Shown here in pieces: positions 40,274 to 52,930 of a stretch of DNA of 64,000 bases (its first letter is position 1; each line of letters begins with the position of its first letter). This DNA comes from Felis catus. Taxonomy: Eukaryota. The position numbers were made by a program, and so were the translations under genes. The stretch spans positions 134,790,001 to 134,854,000 of the forward strand of contig NC_058368.1 of NCBI RefSeq assembly GCF_018350175.1, written 5' to 3'. The notes under the pieces were generated by a model. That model had not been told where the DNA came from and did no database searches. It worked only from the letters and a program-made list of their open reading frames with translations.

Positions 40274-43200
40274 GTATTTTTATAACCTTTCCAGAGTCTT
40301 GAGTCATTTTTAAATGTTTGCCATTTGGTCATAATGTGAGCCTGCACGCTTGAATATTCTACAGATCAGTTGCACAGTCCATGTTTGAGCAAACGTCAGC
40401 TGGTAGCTCTGTGAACTCTATTCTTCTGGCACTGTTAGCAAATGGAAAGTTAGACCAGGAGAAATTTGTTGGGGACTAAAGAATGATCCTGCATCCCAAA
40501 TCTAAATGTGAACTGTGTAGATGTTTATTCGTTTTGTACAGTCAAGTCCCTTCTCTTGGAGCTGGCCTGAATGGACTAATGAGTTTTCCTTAGTCACCAT
40601 TGGCAACTTACTTTTGACAATTTCAATGTGGTTGAAGAGCACTTCCCTCCTTGGAAGTGCTTAGCTATTGTTTGTACCCATAATCTTGTTTCTTTTTAGG
40701 TCTTAAAACTTTATAGAATACAGGGAAGTTGATTGCCTGAGCACAGTCTCCCCCCCCCCCCCCCCCATTGAGGCAAATTAAGTAGTATTGTAAGTTAAAT
40801 CAAGGTTTTCTGAGGTTCTGGAATCTTATTCCTAAATTTTCCACTGAGTAGCCTTGAAATCCTTATCTTGCCTTTGTCCCCAGTTGACATGGATCAGGCC
40901 ACGATTTGTACCATGAATGGACTTGATGCTGCTCTGAAGCTGTAATTGCTGGGGAGAGAAATCTTTCAGGGGATGTAACTCTGGATTGGCCTGCAGCATT
41001 AGTCACTGGGTTGCTCCAGAAGCTTCACAGAGCTTAACTTCTGAGATTTTTAAATGAGTGATAAAATTTAACAGCATCTACTTTTCTAAAGTTACTTAAG
41101 GAGAATTGTTTCATCCCCTAATTTGCAAAGTACTCACTTTTTGGTCCTTGGAAATTTTTGTCAGGTAAGGATTTTTCCATGCCACACATGTGGAAGAAAT
41201 AACCCTCTCGTGCTGATAAAGGGAAGTTAGTATTGTACGGGAACAAATGGTGAATTCAGGGCTTCTCTGGGGTCTTTGGCAGGATTCGTTCTTGACCAAG
41301 CTGTACGTGAATAGCATCTTTATCTCGGTCAGCCTCTCATTCAGCCACACACCATCTATTTCAGCAAGGGGCTGGTAACCAAATGTCACTTGTTAGCTAC
41401 TTCTTCATGGGCCTGCCTTAGGGACCAAGCGTTGACTGGAAGCCATGCTCTGTAAAATGGTCCTTAGGGAAAATGGGCTAGTAATTTTATGAAGACAGTG
41501 GTGTTGGGAAAAACAGTGAACCTTACCTTTATTTTGATTGGTGGCTTCACTGCTTTTGTAGTATTCTTTTTAAGATCCTAGTTGACTGATCTTCTTGGGA
41601 GGGGATCAGAGGGCAGAAGTGAAACCCACTGGCTGTCAGTGTGAAACAGTGAAACAATTCGTCTCTGGAACTGGTGTCTCTTCCCATTAAAGCTTGTAAC
41701 AGAGAGATTGTAATATGCACATGCATAAGTGTTGTTATGTCATTTGGAATATTATTTACGCTTCGCACAATTCCTGAGAAGCGGTGATTGCTTGGGACTT
41801 CATTCTGCAAGGCATTTCACATAAAATGCTGATAACATCTTTAAAAACCACAAAGACATGGGCTTTGCAGGCGTGGTAACCGAGTGCCTTTTCTGGTGTG
41901 GTTTTTATTCTTTTTTTTTTCTGAAGCACCTGGTTGCAAGTGGGGAATAGGGGGGCGGACCCAGAATTCATAAGGGCGTATTCACAGAAATCTTTAAAAT
42001 CAAGTATCTGTTTATTCAAAATAAGACATGGTTCAAAGCAACTTTGATGACCCCAACTGGATGTTTTCCTGTTCTTTAATGAAAACAGCCTGAACTTATT
42101 TGTTAACCTGTGTCTTTTTCTACCTTGGTCACCACCTCTGCTTTTCTCTTTGACTAGTTGTTGTTTTTTGTGTGTGTTTGTTTGGTTTTTTTTCCCCCTC
42201 TGTTTTGAGGGTCAGAAAAAAAAAAAGGTATGAAAGCATTTTGTAATCTTTTAAGTGCTACAGACATTTAAGGTATTATTGTAATATTTCTTAATTTTAT
42301 CGTGGCAGTATGAAGTTGATTGTTGTTGAAGCACAGACAGTGAGCACGGTTGGTGTCCTAAATGATCATCTGGTCTCAGGTTTGCAAAATCTACCACTGA
42401 GCAGAGCATTTTAATGAACTTAGACCTATTCTAACGACTCATTTACAGCACAATACTAAGGAACCATATATGTGGGTGTATGTCTTCAGAGAAGATTACG
42501 CCTGGAATTCTACGATTAGAAGAATGTGGCTAGAGACCCTATTAAAATCAACCATATACCTCTGGAATGGTAACACATGAAATGTTGCTGGTTATTCCCA
42601 TTTCACCGTGATCAGCCTTCTGTAAGAGGCTGGTTTTTGAGCCTGGGGGAAACCAGAGAGGCCATGAGGCGCTGAGCAATCTCATGGATCGGGGAGGAGG
42701 ATTAGTAAGGGTGTGAGATGATAGAGAAAGAATATTGCCCCATTGGGAAAAAGGTTTGGGAAAGGAAAATGGAGATGCTCAAGAGAAGTCTCCTGTTCTT
42801 CACTTGATCCTAGGTCTGGCTCTCTTGAAGGAGGTCCGTGCATTCACGCGGCCAGTTGTAGTGTGGTGACCCACCAAGCCAGGGTCAGGGTACCCCCTGT
42901 GCGGGTCTGTGGTAGAGGGCCTCCTCTTCAGGGCGTGGTCACAAGAGGGAGCGACAGTGTGCTTTATGGGGGCCTCTTTGCCCACTGCTGTGAGGTGTTC
43001 CATAAGGGACGTAGGATGCTGCTCGGGCCACAGTCTGAGGTGGGAGAACCAGAAGTGAGAGCTCCATTGCCCAGTCACTTACCTTTACTTCGGGTTGTTT
43101 TCCCACTTCAGCATTTTGAATAATAGGAACAAGTATAAAGGAGTTCATAACTCAATGAAATATGGCAGCCGGATGAAAGAAGCTGCCTCTTCCCACAAAT

Positions 43201-44034
43201 TTCACCCCACTTTGTCCAGTCTACCAAAGAGCCTGCTGAAAGGCAGATATAACCATGAAGGACTGACCCTTATTAACATGGGGCTAACCTTTAGTGATTC
43301 TCCAGTGGTCCCTTTATGCCTTTGGCTTACTATCTGTTGGAAAGTCTCCACAAGGAGTAATACAGTCACGAGAATGGGGAAAAGGTACGTACTACACTTG
43401 AAATTATTCTGTTCTGCTAATAATTTTTCATCTGTGCTATAAAACGGTGTTCTTTTTACCATGTTAAACAATTCCTGTGGAACAGATTAATTAACATGTT
43501 CAGACATTCAGTGTATCTGTTATTTGGGGTTTTCGTTTTGGTTTTTGATTTTTCCAACCCCCTGATACTTTTTTGTTCGTCAGTAATCCCTGAATTATTC
43601 ATCTACCACATTCAAGTACTGGGTAAGGAAAGGGCTGCCACTTCTGGGTGTTAAAATCTCGATGATACATTTTGTCAGGGCTTATATTCAGTATTGCTGG
43701 CAGAAATATATAACTCGGATGCTCAATTATTTTCAGACAGCAAGTTCCATTCACAGTATTCATAGAGTACTGGAAAGGATCTTAGAAATGATAACTCAGT
43801 CCATATAGCTTATATCCAAGAAAACTAAGGTCCAGAAAGATTCCACTTAGAGGAGTCCCAACCAACATTCATGAAAAAACTTCCCTGTGTCAGGCACGCC
43901 ACCAAGCACAGGGTGCAGTAATGAACATCCCTGCCCTACATGTGTGCTCTGGAGACACTGAACCACTGAGGGGCAAAGAAACAGCATCTGAATGTAGCAT
44001 CACTACTTCCAAAGTGATTGTTCTTTCATTAAAC

Positions 44035-44225
44035 TTTTTTTTTTTTACATTTATTTATTTATTTTGAGAGAGAAAGAGAGAGAGAATCCCCAGGCAAGCT
44101 CTGCGCTGCCAGGATGGAGCCCCATGGAGGGATGGAGCCCCATGGAGGGCTCGAACCCACAAACCATGAGATCATGACCTGAGCCAAAGTCAGACGCTTA
44201 ACCGACTGAGCCACCCAGGTGACCC
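44035..44225 (-). mobile_element. Can-SINE with internal 18-bp tandem duplication
   Basis: Poly-T, (GA)n and reverse head ...gagccacccaggtgaccc. ggatggagccccatggag occurs twice at 44112-44147. Confidence 0.92.
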
Positions 44226-45725
44226 TGTGCTTTCATGTATATTAACTAAACTCAGTAAGCTCTCTTAATTAAGAATCTCACATGGGTCATAGTCTGTCGT
44301 AAGTTTCATCTTCAAATTGTTCTCTTAGACCAAGAATTCTTGAACATTTTGGGAGTAATGGACTCCTTTATCCATGCATTCAGACAACCTGTATTCACCG
44401 ATCACATCCTCTGCGTGCTGGTGCAGTGGGTATGCGATGAATTCCATGAGTGAGTTTCCAGAGTTTACATTCTCATGGCGATCTTGAGCCCCCTTCTTCA
44501 AACATTGGTTTGCATCTAAAATTAATCTTTTTTTAGCTGTTCAATGCAGGCAGCGTGGACACACTGTTACAGACCGCATACTTCCTCCCGAGACCCAATT
44601 TCCTGGGTATCATCATCAAGTAGCACATTATACCAAGGTTTGACCTGCATAGTCAAGTGCTAAAACCATTAAAATTGACACCTCAAGAGCCATTTTCACT
44701 TGATAAACTCTGTCAAAATGTCAAGTGTCTGATAAGGGCAGACTCTTGTAAACATCGCCTTTGAAATTCAGGCGTGGTGACCCCCACTGCCTTCAGACTG
44801 AGGCCTCCTCCTGGAAGAAGCCCCGAGGTCTGAGGAGCACAGTGTCAATCTCCATTCTTGTTGCCTTTCCTGAATAATGATATTTGATTCAGTGCCTTTA
44901 TACTTTTTATAATGTTATCATCTAATCTGAGCTGGGAACCGCTTCCCACTTCCAGCTTCTGCCACTTCTAAAACATTTTACATTTGGGGAGAACAATAGC
45001 AGCTTTGACTTTTTAAAGGAACGAGTTTTCTCTCCAAAAGGGAAGCAGATATGTGAGCTGTGAAACTCCTTCCTCCCCGCCCCCCATAGAAGTGTCAGTT
45101 ATTAGCTGGGTTTAAGCTTCACATTCCATTACTTGGAAAGAGTCAAGTTTTAAGACTGGGAGCAAACAGCACAAGCACCTGTCGCGGGAGAGACGGTATT
45201 TGACAGAACGGGATGTCACTTAAGCTGCTCCAACCTTGTCCACAGCCCCATGCCATGCTGCCTTTGTAGCAAGAGTTTGAAGCCCGGAACGCGCTTTGTA
45301 TGGTTAACACAGTCGAGCGTTAGTTTCCAAGTTTTTGTAAGAACAGATTGGTAAAATTGTGTGTTTCGGAAAGATGGCTGTATTCAAGGCCTTGAATTAG
45401 AAGATGCTGCGCTTTAAAAATAGGCAGGGCACCCTCAGGCACCTCCTTCTGCCTCTGCCTCCAATCCTCAGTAGACATGGCTGCCCTTCCACCCCTTTCA
45501 TGTTCATTTGTCTGGTAGCTAATATTGGACATGTTAATGATCACTAATCTTATAAATGAAATGATTGAGGATCATACTGTCAAGATGTGAACCTAAGCAG
45601 ACCTTAGATTGTCTCACTTAATAGCTGGACTCTGGCAGCCTTTCCTTGATAATGGAACCTTTTGTCGGCTGTGGTCAGCAGACGGCCGCACGCTGAGGGA
45701 AAACGAAAGGCTGTGTCTTCTAGGG

Positions 45726-46017
45726 CAGTGCTGTCCAGGAGACATTGACTAGTCACATGCCACAGTCACACTGAGCCATTGAAATGTGACCAGTGTGAAT
45801 CGAGATGTGAGAGGAGTGTAAAAGAAGAGGTAAAGAATGTAAAATACCTCGTTAATAACCTTTATATTGATTGTATGTTGAAATGATAATAGTTTGGATA
45901 AACAGAGTTAAATAAAAGATTACATTTTCTCTCGTTTATTTTTACCGGTAATGTGGCCCCTAGAAGATTTTGAATTACATATATGGCTTATATTTGGACC
46001 CCATCATTACAGCGTCC
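45726..46017 (+). mobile_element. MER33-like hAT-Charlie DNA transposon remnant
   Basis: cagtgctgtcca terminus and internal aagaatgtaaaatacctcgttaataacctttatattgattgtatgttgaaatgataata, matching the recalled consensus. Confidence 0.75.
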
Positions 46018-46584
46018 TAAAAATCATTCTTTCTCTGCATTTCTGGGGTAAATTGTACTTGGTGACTGTTCCCATAAATTTCGTTGGATTTCCTTTCATG
46101 TGTATTTTTGCCTTTTCTTTCAAAATGAACGATCGTCTGATAGAACACAGGACCATGGAAATGGTTGGTACCACTCTGTGGTTTTCACGGGTTTGAGAAG
46201 GTCGGTTGTCCCTCTGCCTGGCAAGTTCTGCCCTCATTTAGTAGGTGTAGATCAGATATGCTCAACATCTTGTAGAATGTTCTAGAATTGGAAGAATATA
46301 GTAAATACAGAAATGGGTCAGTCAAGGAGCCTGAGTGGCCCTTCTTGAGCTCTCTGCTTTCCACCTGTGTTCTTTACCTAGAGAAGTCTTCTTTTTCTAA
46401 CTTTGTTGTCTGGCTCTTAGCAGTCCCAGTTGCCAGGGTAGTGCACTGGGCTGGACCAAAAAAAGATGTAGTCTTTAAGGAAACTATATGCCCTGAAGGA
46501 ACTCGGTGAGAGGACACTCCACTACTAAATAAAGATCCCTTGGAAGGGAGCAACCTTTATGTCTAAACTAGATAACCCCTGTCA

Positions 46585-46778
46585 GTTAAGTCCTGGCTCT
46601 GACTGGTATAGCCATGTGAGCCTGGACAAATCACTTACCGTCTCTGAGCCTCAGTTCACATCTGCAAAGTGGAAGTGATGAGACAGCCTGCCCCCAAATG
46701 CGATAATTTCATTAAAGCAATTTAGCACAGGACCTGGCACATGTTAAGTGCATCGTAAGTGTTAGCCATTATTATTAG
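46585..46778 (+). mobile_element. MIR remnant
   Basis: caaatcacttaccgtctctgagcctcagttcacatctgcaaagtgg...cctggcacatgttaagtgc. Confidence 0.75.
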
Positions 46779-47214
46779 CATGTTGGTAATGAGAGCCTCA
46801 GATGTGAAAGGCAGGCCTTGGTGTATTATTTCCGGTCTTGTTTGATTTGAGATTATTTCTTACTGCTGCATTTTCGAGAGCATGTCATTTTCCAAGTGAC
46901 TGAATGCCAAATCCCCTCAGAAGGAAATGGATAAACTTACAGAGATCTAGGTTTTAGGAAATGGAGCACTTTCCCATGAGTATCATTATTTATGATTAAC
47001 CCCTTTATGTGTTTTATCATGGATATTGGTACTCACTGACTGTGTAGATCATGAGCCACTTTTGCATGGACCCTCCCTGCTGTCTCTTAGAGCCCAGCAC
47101 GCGTTGGTCAGAAATGCCAAAATGTTAAAAGGGGCTGCATTTACAAGCAACTTAATTCAGAAACTCAGGAGAAGGAACACAGGAGAAATACCTCCCTGTA
47201 GAACAAAGGTTGAA

Positions 47215-47385
47215 GTGGAAAGAGCACTGCCCTTAGGTGCAGACAGACGTGGGTTGTTGGTATCTGATCTGCCAAACCCTGACCAAGTGATTTTGTTGCA
47301 GTCGCCTAACCTCTCAGTCTTTGCCACATGTGAAACAAGACTGATGTCCTTCACAAGGTTGTTAGCGTGACTGATGGAAATAAGC
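47215..47385 (+). mobile_element. MIR remnant
   Basis: gtggaaagagcactg...agacagacgtgggtt...taacctctcagtctttgccacatgtgaaa. Confidence 0.55.
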
Positions 47386-47895
47386 TAAGTGACTAGAGCC
47401 GTATCTAGGCCAGTGACTGTTCACCCTCCGCTCTCCCTCCTTCCTTCTCTTGGCCTGACTTTTATGTCGCTCTGAATTTCTGAGTCTCTACCCCCGTCCC
47501 TCCCAATCGAGCTACATAGACACCTAGGTGAAACTGCATGCTCGGATTTGTAGCGGGTCTGGACTTTGGGATGCATTTAAGAGCGTGTGGTCCGTTGTCC
47601 TTCTGTTAGATCCACATGCAAAGAAATGGGAGAAATGACCAAGTGAAAGGTTGTATCTCATTCGAAAAGACTGCTTCAAAAAAATTTCCCCCATCGTGTG
47701 TCAGAAATTACAGGTTAAGGTAGCCGAATGAAATCTAATTCAGTTTTGACATTTTTCCATTCTTTTAACTCATTTAATTTATTTCCCCCTCCCTCCCCTC
47801 ACTTGAAGTAACTTTTTGCATGAAGTCCAGCCTTCCTCTGGAAGTTCTGCCAGCCATGCAATAACGTAACGGCTGAAGAGAATAGAGCTATTATT

Positions 47896-48095
47896 ATTGT
47901 TTTGATATTTATTTATTTTTTGAGAGAGCACAAGTGGAGGATGGGCAGAGAGAGGGGGACAGAGGATCCAAAGACGGCTCTGCTCTGACAAGCTGCAGTA
48001 AGGAGCCCAGTGTGGGGCTTGAACTCACAAACTGTGAGATCATGTGACCTGAGCTGACCTTGGACGCTTAACTGACCGAGCCACCCAGATGCCCC
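47896..48095 (-). mobile_element. Can-SINE
   Basis: Reverse head ggacgcttaactgaccgagccacccagatgcccc; degenerate TSD agaataga..tatt.tt. Confidence 0.92.
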
Positions 48096-48774
48096 AAGAA
48101 TAGAATTATTGTTAAAGCAATTCATGTTGAAATGTAATTCAGTGATTTTATGTTGGCCCAATGATTACCTCAACTTTTGTCTTCCAACTACAGAATTTAA
48201 GAACCAAAAGTTGTTTTAGAATTCTTTAGCTAAACCTTATCACTTCACTGATATGCAGTTGAAGGCCCAGAGCTATTAAATGTTTTCCTCCGAGTTCCCA
48301 ACCTATTATTGATAGAGCCATCTAGAACTCATGTCTGCACCCACTGTCTGCTGCTGCACAGTAGCTTTTCAATTGTTTTGATGTCATCGAGTAACAATCC
48401 AGCATAGGACCTAATAGTATTTTTTGAGACAGAAGAAGCCACAGAAAGGACGCAGTATGTTATCAAACCCTTTCTGATTTCTTCAATAGGTTACATGAAA
48501 TGGCCCCAAAAACTATTTTATGGGCTACAATGAATCTGGGACTTCAAAAGGATAATGCAAAGAGTGACCAACAGGGGGAAACCTAGTACATCCTTTTGGC
48601 TTAATTCGCTTAACTTCTAGCCCCTTTTAAAAAAATTACCCAAGCTCCTGTTGAAGCCAGCAAAAAACATCTGTTGTGTTATTTATAGCACCGATTTCTA
48701 AGAAGCATATTCTATAGCAGATGAAAAAAAGTTGACAGCTCATAATTCATAAAGTTAGTGAGGCCTGATCTGAT

Positions 48775-48789
48775 AGAACAAAATGTACA
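48775..48789. promoter_or_regulatory. Candidate glucocorticoid/androgen/progesterone response element
   Basis: AGAACA-aaa-TGTACA fits the IR3 consensus GnACAnnnTGTnC. Confidence 0.55.
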
Positions 48790-50411
48790 AAACTTCGTCC
48801 CATGGTTCAGGCCCTATCACTTCCCTTCCAACGGAAGATACAAGTGGCTTCCCAGAGAAACAGAGCACAGGTCGTCACGGTAGTTAGGACAGAGGTGGCT
48901 CTGAGATCAGAATGCAGAAAGGAACACCCCTTTGTGGTCAGGGATTGCTAGTCCCTCTGGGGCGTCCATCTTCCAGGGGTACTTTTTCATTAACATCACA
49001 GTGACTTCCTGTATAGGCAGCCCACATTTTCTTTACCATGCGGACTGTGCCCGAGAAGTTTCAGCAGTGTGAAATCTACAGACTGTTACAGTGTATTTTC
49101 TATCAAGAACCTCAGGGGTTCATTAGAATTACTGATGGAATAGTTTCGTATCTGGGGCCAGCCTAATTTTTGATGTCGCTTCTTTTGTTTGACTGTTTTG
49201 CTCTTCGTGTATTTGACGTGGCCCCCTTAATCCCCCTGTTTTAAGCAATTATAAAATAGGCCCACTCCTCATATATTACCCATCTATATGTTTTGTTTAG
49301 TTTCTGAGAATCTTTATAGGAACATGGTCCGATTTCTTTCTGTAATTGATAACGCATTTTATATTTTGCTTCTGTCTGTAGGGTCTCCTGTATATCACAG
49401 TCTTTAAAACAAGGTAGATGGGTCTGGCAAAAATAAGGCTCTGTAGCATATAGGACTATGTATTGTCCTGGCTTTTTTGAGAACGTAATGGTATGGTCCA
49501 ACTGCTGCCCAAATGGACCCATCTAAAATTGTTACCCTTAAAAGGAAAGTCACAGCCAACGTAAGTCCATGAATTTCTGTAGTTGAGAGGTGAATAATCA
49601 TTTTACCAGTGATCATAGTATATTGTGAGATAGGGGAACGTATTAGCCCCCCAGAATTAATCACATTTGAGGTAGTGAAAGGATATTGCTTTATTTTATT
49701 TTTTTAATTCCAGTTGCTCATGATTATTAAGGGTTGTGTTTACTGTTAAAATTTGTTACCAGTTGCCTTATTATAAATGGATAACTTAGTTTTATGTATC
49801 AGTGATTTTTAAAAATATGTTTAATTGAACTAGTCTGTCCAAATGGACATGTTCTTATGTAATTTTTCTGCAGTAGCTGATAAGGAATTTTCCGTCCAGT
49901 ACTTTTAGGCCCCTTTTCTTTTTTGCTTTATTTTCTTTTTCTTCGCAATCCCATGGACGGCTCATCCGTTTCTTTTTGCATCCCCCTGAGACAATGTATG
50001 TGTATTTGTAAATTATTTGCTGGGCTCTTTATGGTCCATCTGTACCTTGCCGAAAGTGATATGTTAGCCAACTATATTTAGCTCAATAAAACCCATTACA
50101 TCCTTGGGGAAGAATGTGCTTAGTTTAGCCTTATGAGAAAATATTTAATAAATGCTGTCCTCAAAATATTTAGCCTGGCTGAGTGAACTGGCAAGGGTTC
50201 AATCCTGATAGAGCAGAGGTGATGGCGAGATGCTGGCCTGCCAGCCCAAGCTCAAGTTGAACCCATGCCACCTCTTGTCACCAGGGGTTGTCACTGTGCG
50301 TGTCTTCCCTTGACGAGTGCTTTTCCATCTTTGTTCTCTGCTCAGGGCTTTGTAACCCCCAGGATGGAGTCCTGCAGTGTGTCTGCCTGAGGAGGCACCT
50401 GAGATGCCTGG

Positions 50412-50635
50412 AGTGGTTACTGTTGGCTTTGAAGTCGATTTGTTGTATAAAATCATTCCTTTACCACTTACTACTGGCACAAAAAAAGTGCTTAATTTTT
50501 CTTAGCCTCACTTTCCTCCTCTGTAAAATGGGGACGGTTATAATCTTTTACAAGGTTGTGCAGATTAAATGAGATAAACCCCACAAAGCCCTGAGCACAA
50601 TTTCCAAAACTAAGTGTTAAGTACACAAGTACTAT
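50412..50635 (+). mobile_element. MIR remnant
   Basis: gcctcactttcctcctctgtaaaatgggga...aggttgtgcagattaaatgagataa. Confidence 0.75.
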
Positions 50636-51151
50636 CAGTAGTAGAAGTAGTAGCAGTAGTGGGGCTTATAGTAGTGGTTGTAGGAATACTTCCTATTCCT
50701 CTCCTCCAACCACAATCTGAACACCTGAGTCCTCTTGAACGTGACCAGTTAGGAAAAGCTTTCTTGGGGACGTCAGGGGAGGTGGGTACTTCTTAGTTCT
50801 TGGCCTGAATTTACTGCGGGACTTTGTCGAGTCGTGACCCACGTGACCCCTCTCCCCACACGAAGCAGTGCCCAGGCGCACAGAGCAGCAGAGCCTCTAC
50901 TGCTAATCTCTCTTTGGATGTGTAATTAGGTATGATATCAGCTCTAATTAGATTTGACAGCTAGAAGCTCTGAGTTAGTCCTGTCATCTGTCCGACACAT
51001 GTTTAGATGCTGGGCTCCTGGGATCTGGTATAAAACCAGCCCTTGAAGCCCAGGGCGTGTTGGTAATAAGTATCAAGTATGGAACGTTAGCTGTTGGGAT
51101 TCGCTCTCCCACCGTGATCTGGATTTTCTCTCTGGGACTGGTGGGCTCATC

Positions 51152-51290
51152 CTTGCTGCTCAAAGTGTGTTCCGAGGGCCAGCAGCATGGGCCTTACCTG
51201 GGAGCTTGTCGGATATGCAGAATCCTGAAGCCCACGCAGATCTATCTGAATTGGGCTTTTAGTATGCTCAGTAAAATTTAGGAAGCATGT
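51152..51290 (-). mobile_element. MER5-like remnant
   Basis: ctcaaagtgtgttccgagggccagcagcatgggccttacctgggagcttgtcggatatgcagaatc. Confidence 0.7.
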
Positions 51291-51418
51291 GCCCTTGTGA
51301 ATATTCTGACACTCAGAAGATATTTACTAACTCTCTGGAATTAGCCTTTGCCACTGATTTTTTTTTTTTTTTCCCTAGACCTAAGGTTTCCGTGCTTCCT
51401 TTGGGTGTAGTGTATTGA

Positions 51419-51797
51419 TGTTTTGGTCAGCTTGGGCCGCTATGACAAAATACCATAGACTGAATGGCTTGAACAAGAGGCCTTTATTTGTTCATCTCAG
51501 TCCAGGTGGCTGAAAGTCTGAGTTCCGGGGGCCACCATGGTTGGGTTCTAGTGAGGGCTGTTTCCTGACTTGTAGGCAGTTGGCCTCTCTTCCTACTCTC
51601 TCCTAGGGCCGGGAGAGAAAGAGGAAGCTTTTTGGAGTCTTAGAAGGACACTAATCCCATCATGATGGCCCCACCCTCATGACCTCATCTAAACTTAATT
51701 CTCAAAAATCCCATCTTCAAATACTGTCTTGATGGTAGTTAAGGCTTTATCACACAGATGAGGGGAGAGGGTGCCCCATGCAGTTCAGTCCACAGCA
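51419..51797 (-). mobile_element. MLT1A-like MaLR solo LTR
   Basis: TG...CA ends; caaaataccatagactg, cactaatcccatcatgatggccccaccctcatgacct, ttcagtccacagca. Near-matching 5-bp TSD attga/actga. Confidence 0.85.
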
Positions 51798-51809
51798 ACT
51801 GATTTCTGC

Positions 51810-51965
51810 CACCTACTTTGAAATGCTTCCCAGAAAGAAAGGTGGATTGATGAATCAATAGGTAATACGACAGATTAGTTAAATGTTGCTTGGAGAATCT
51901 AGGAGGAGGCTACGTGGGCACTCACCGTACAATTCTTTCAACTTTTTGGTATGTTTTCAAATGTC
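51810..51965 (+). mobile_element. Old L1 (L1M) 3' end fragment
   Basis: gaatctaggaggaggctacgtgggcactcaccgtacaattctttcaacttttt. Confidence 0.6.
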
Positions 51966-52749
51966 AGAGAAAAAGCCCAGCTCTTTCTGTCGTCATTAGA
52001 ATGGAGTCTGGTGGTTCTTTCCTCTGGTTTCCATCCAGGCTTTGTGAGGAAGCTGGTGCCACCCGGCTGGACGACTTTGCCTCTGTGGCAGCTCCTCCCT
52101 CCTTTGGCACTTACGCCTCGAACCTCCAGCAGCCTGCTTCTGCGCAGTTAGTGAGGGGCCAGCCTGGATCAAGAAGCTTCTTTCAGCTCTCTCCTTTCCC
52201 CAGGAAAGTAAATCTTTACAGTTTCTCTTTCACTTCTGTGCTCTCCTGATCAGAGGATCTTTAATTCTGGAGAGATGGGGGCTTCTCGGACTACATTGGA
52301 AGACCCTGCTTTTTTAACATGGTATTTTTATATGTTTGACTGTGAAATCTATTACCAGACACAAATGAGAGAGAAGTGAGTGCCACTGCAGGTTCCCTGG
52401 AGCCCCTGCCTCTCTCCTCACTAAAGGGACTCTCTTTGCTTTCTCTTTCTGGTGTTAATTACCTGCATTTCAAAATATTATCTAGTGAGGGAGAAGGTGC
52501 CCCCTAGGTTATTTGGGGGAGGTGCCGAAACTGGTGTTGCTAGGATAAGTTTACTTGAACGCACCAGCAAGTATTGGGGCTCCTCGCCTGCAGGATCGAA
52601 CATTACATATCTGTGCGTTATGCAACACCATTCACGATCGCAGTCTCCTTTTAAATTCAGGAGACTTGCTGGAAATTCTGGGAAACTTCTCACAGGGTTC
52701 TGTCCTCCACTAGGACTTGTAGGCTCTGAGGGGAGAAAAACAGGTACAA

Positions 52750-52930
52750 ACTGAACTTCAAGACACTGTTTAAGGAGCTTGGCGACCTTGACCAAATGAC
52801 TCAATTTCTTTAAGGCTCAAGTTCCTTGTCTTTTGAGTGGGGATAATAAGGACCATTGCGTCTTTGGATGGCTATGAATAAAAAAATGAATGCCATGTCT
52901 TGGTGGGAATATGGCTCCTAATTGATGTTC
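52750..52930 (+). mobile_element. MIR remnant
   Basis: gcgaccttgaccaaatgactcaatttctttaaggctcaagttcc...tggggataataa. Confidence 0.55.
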
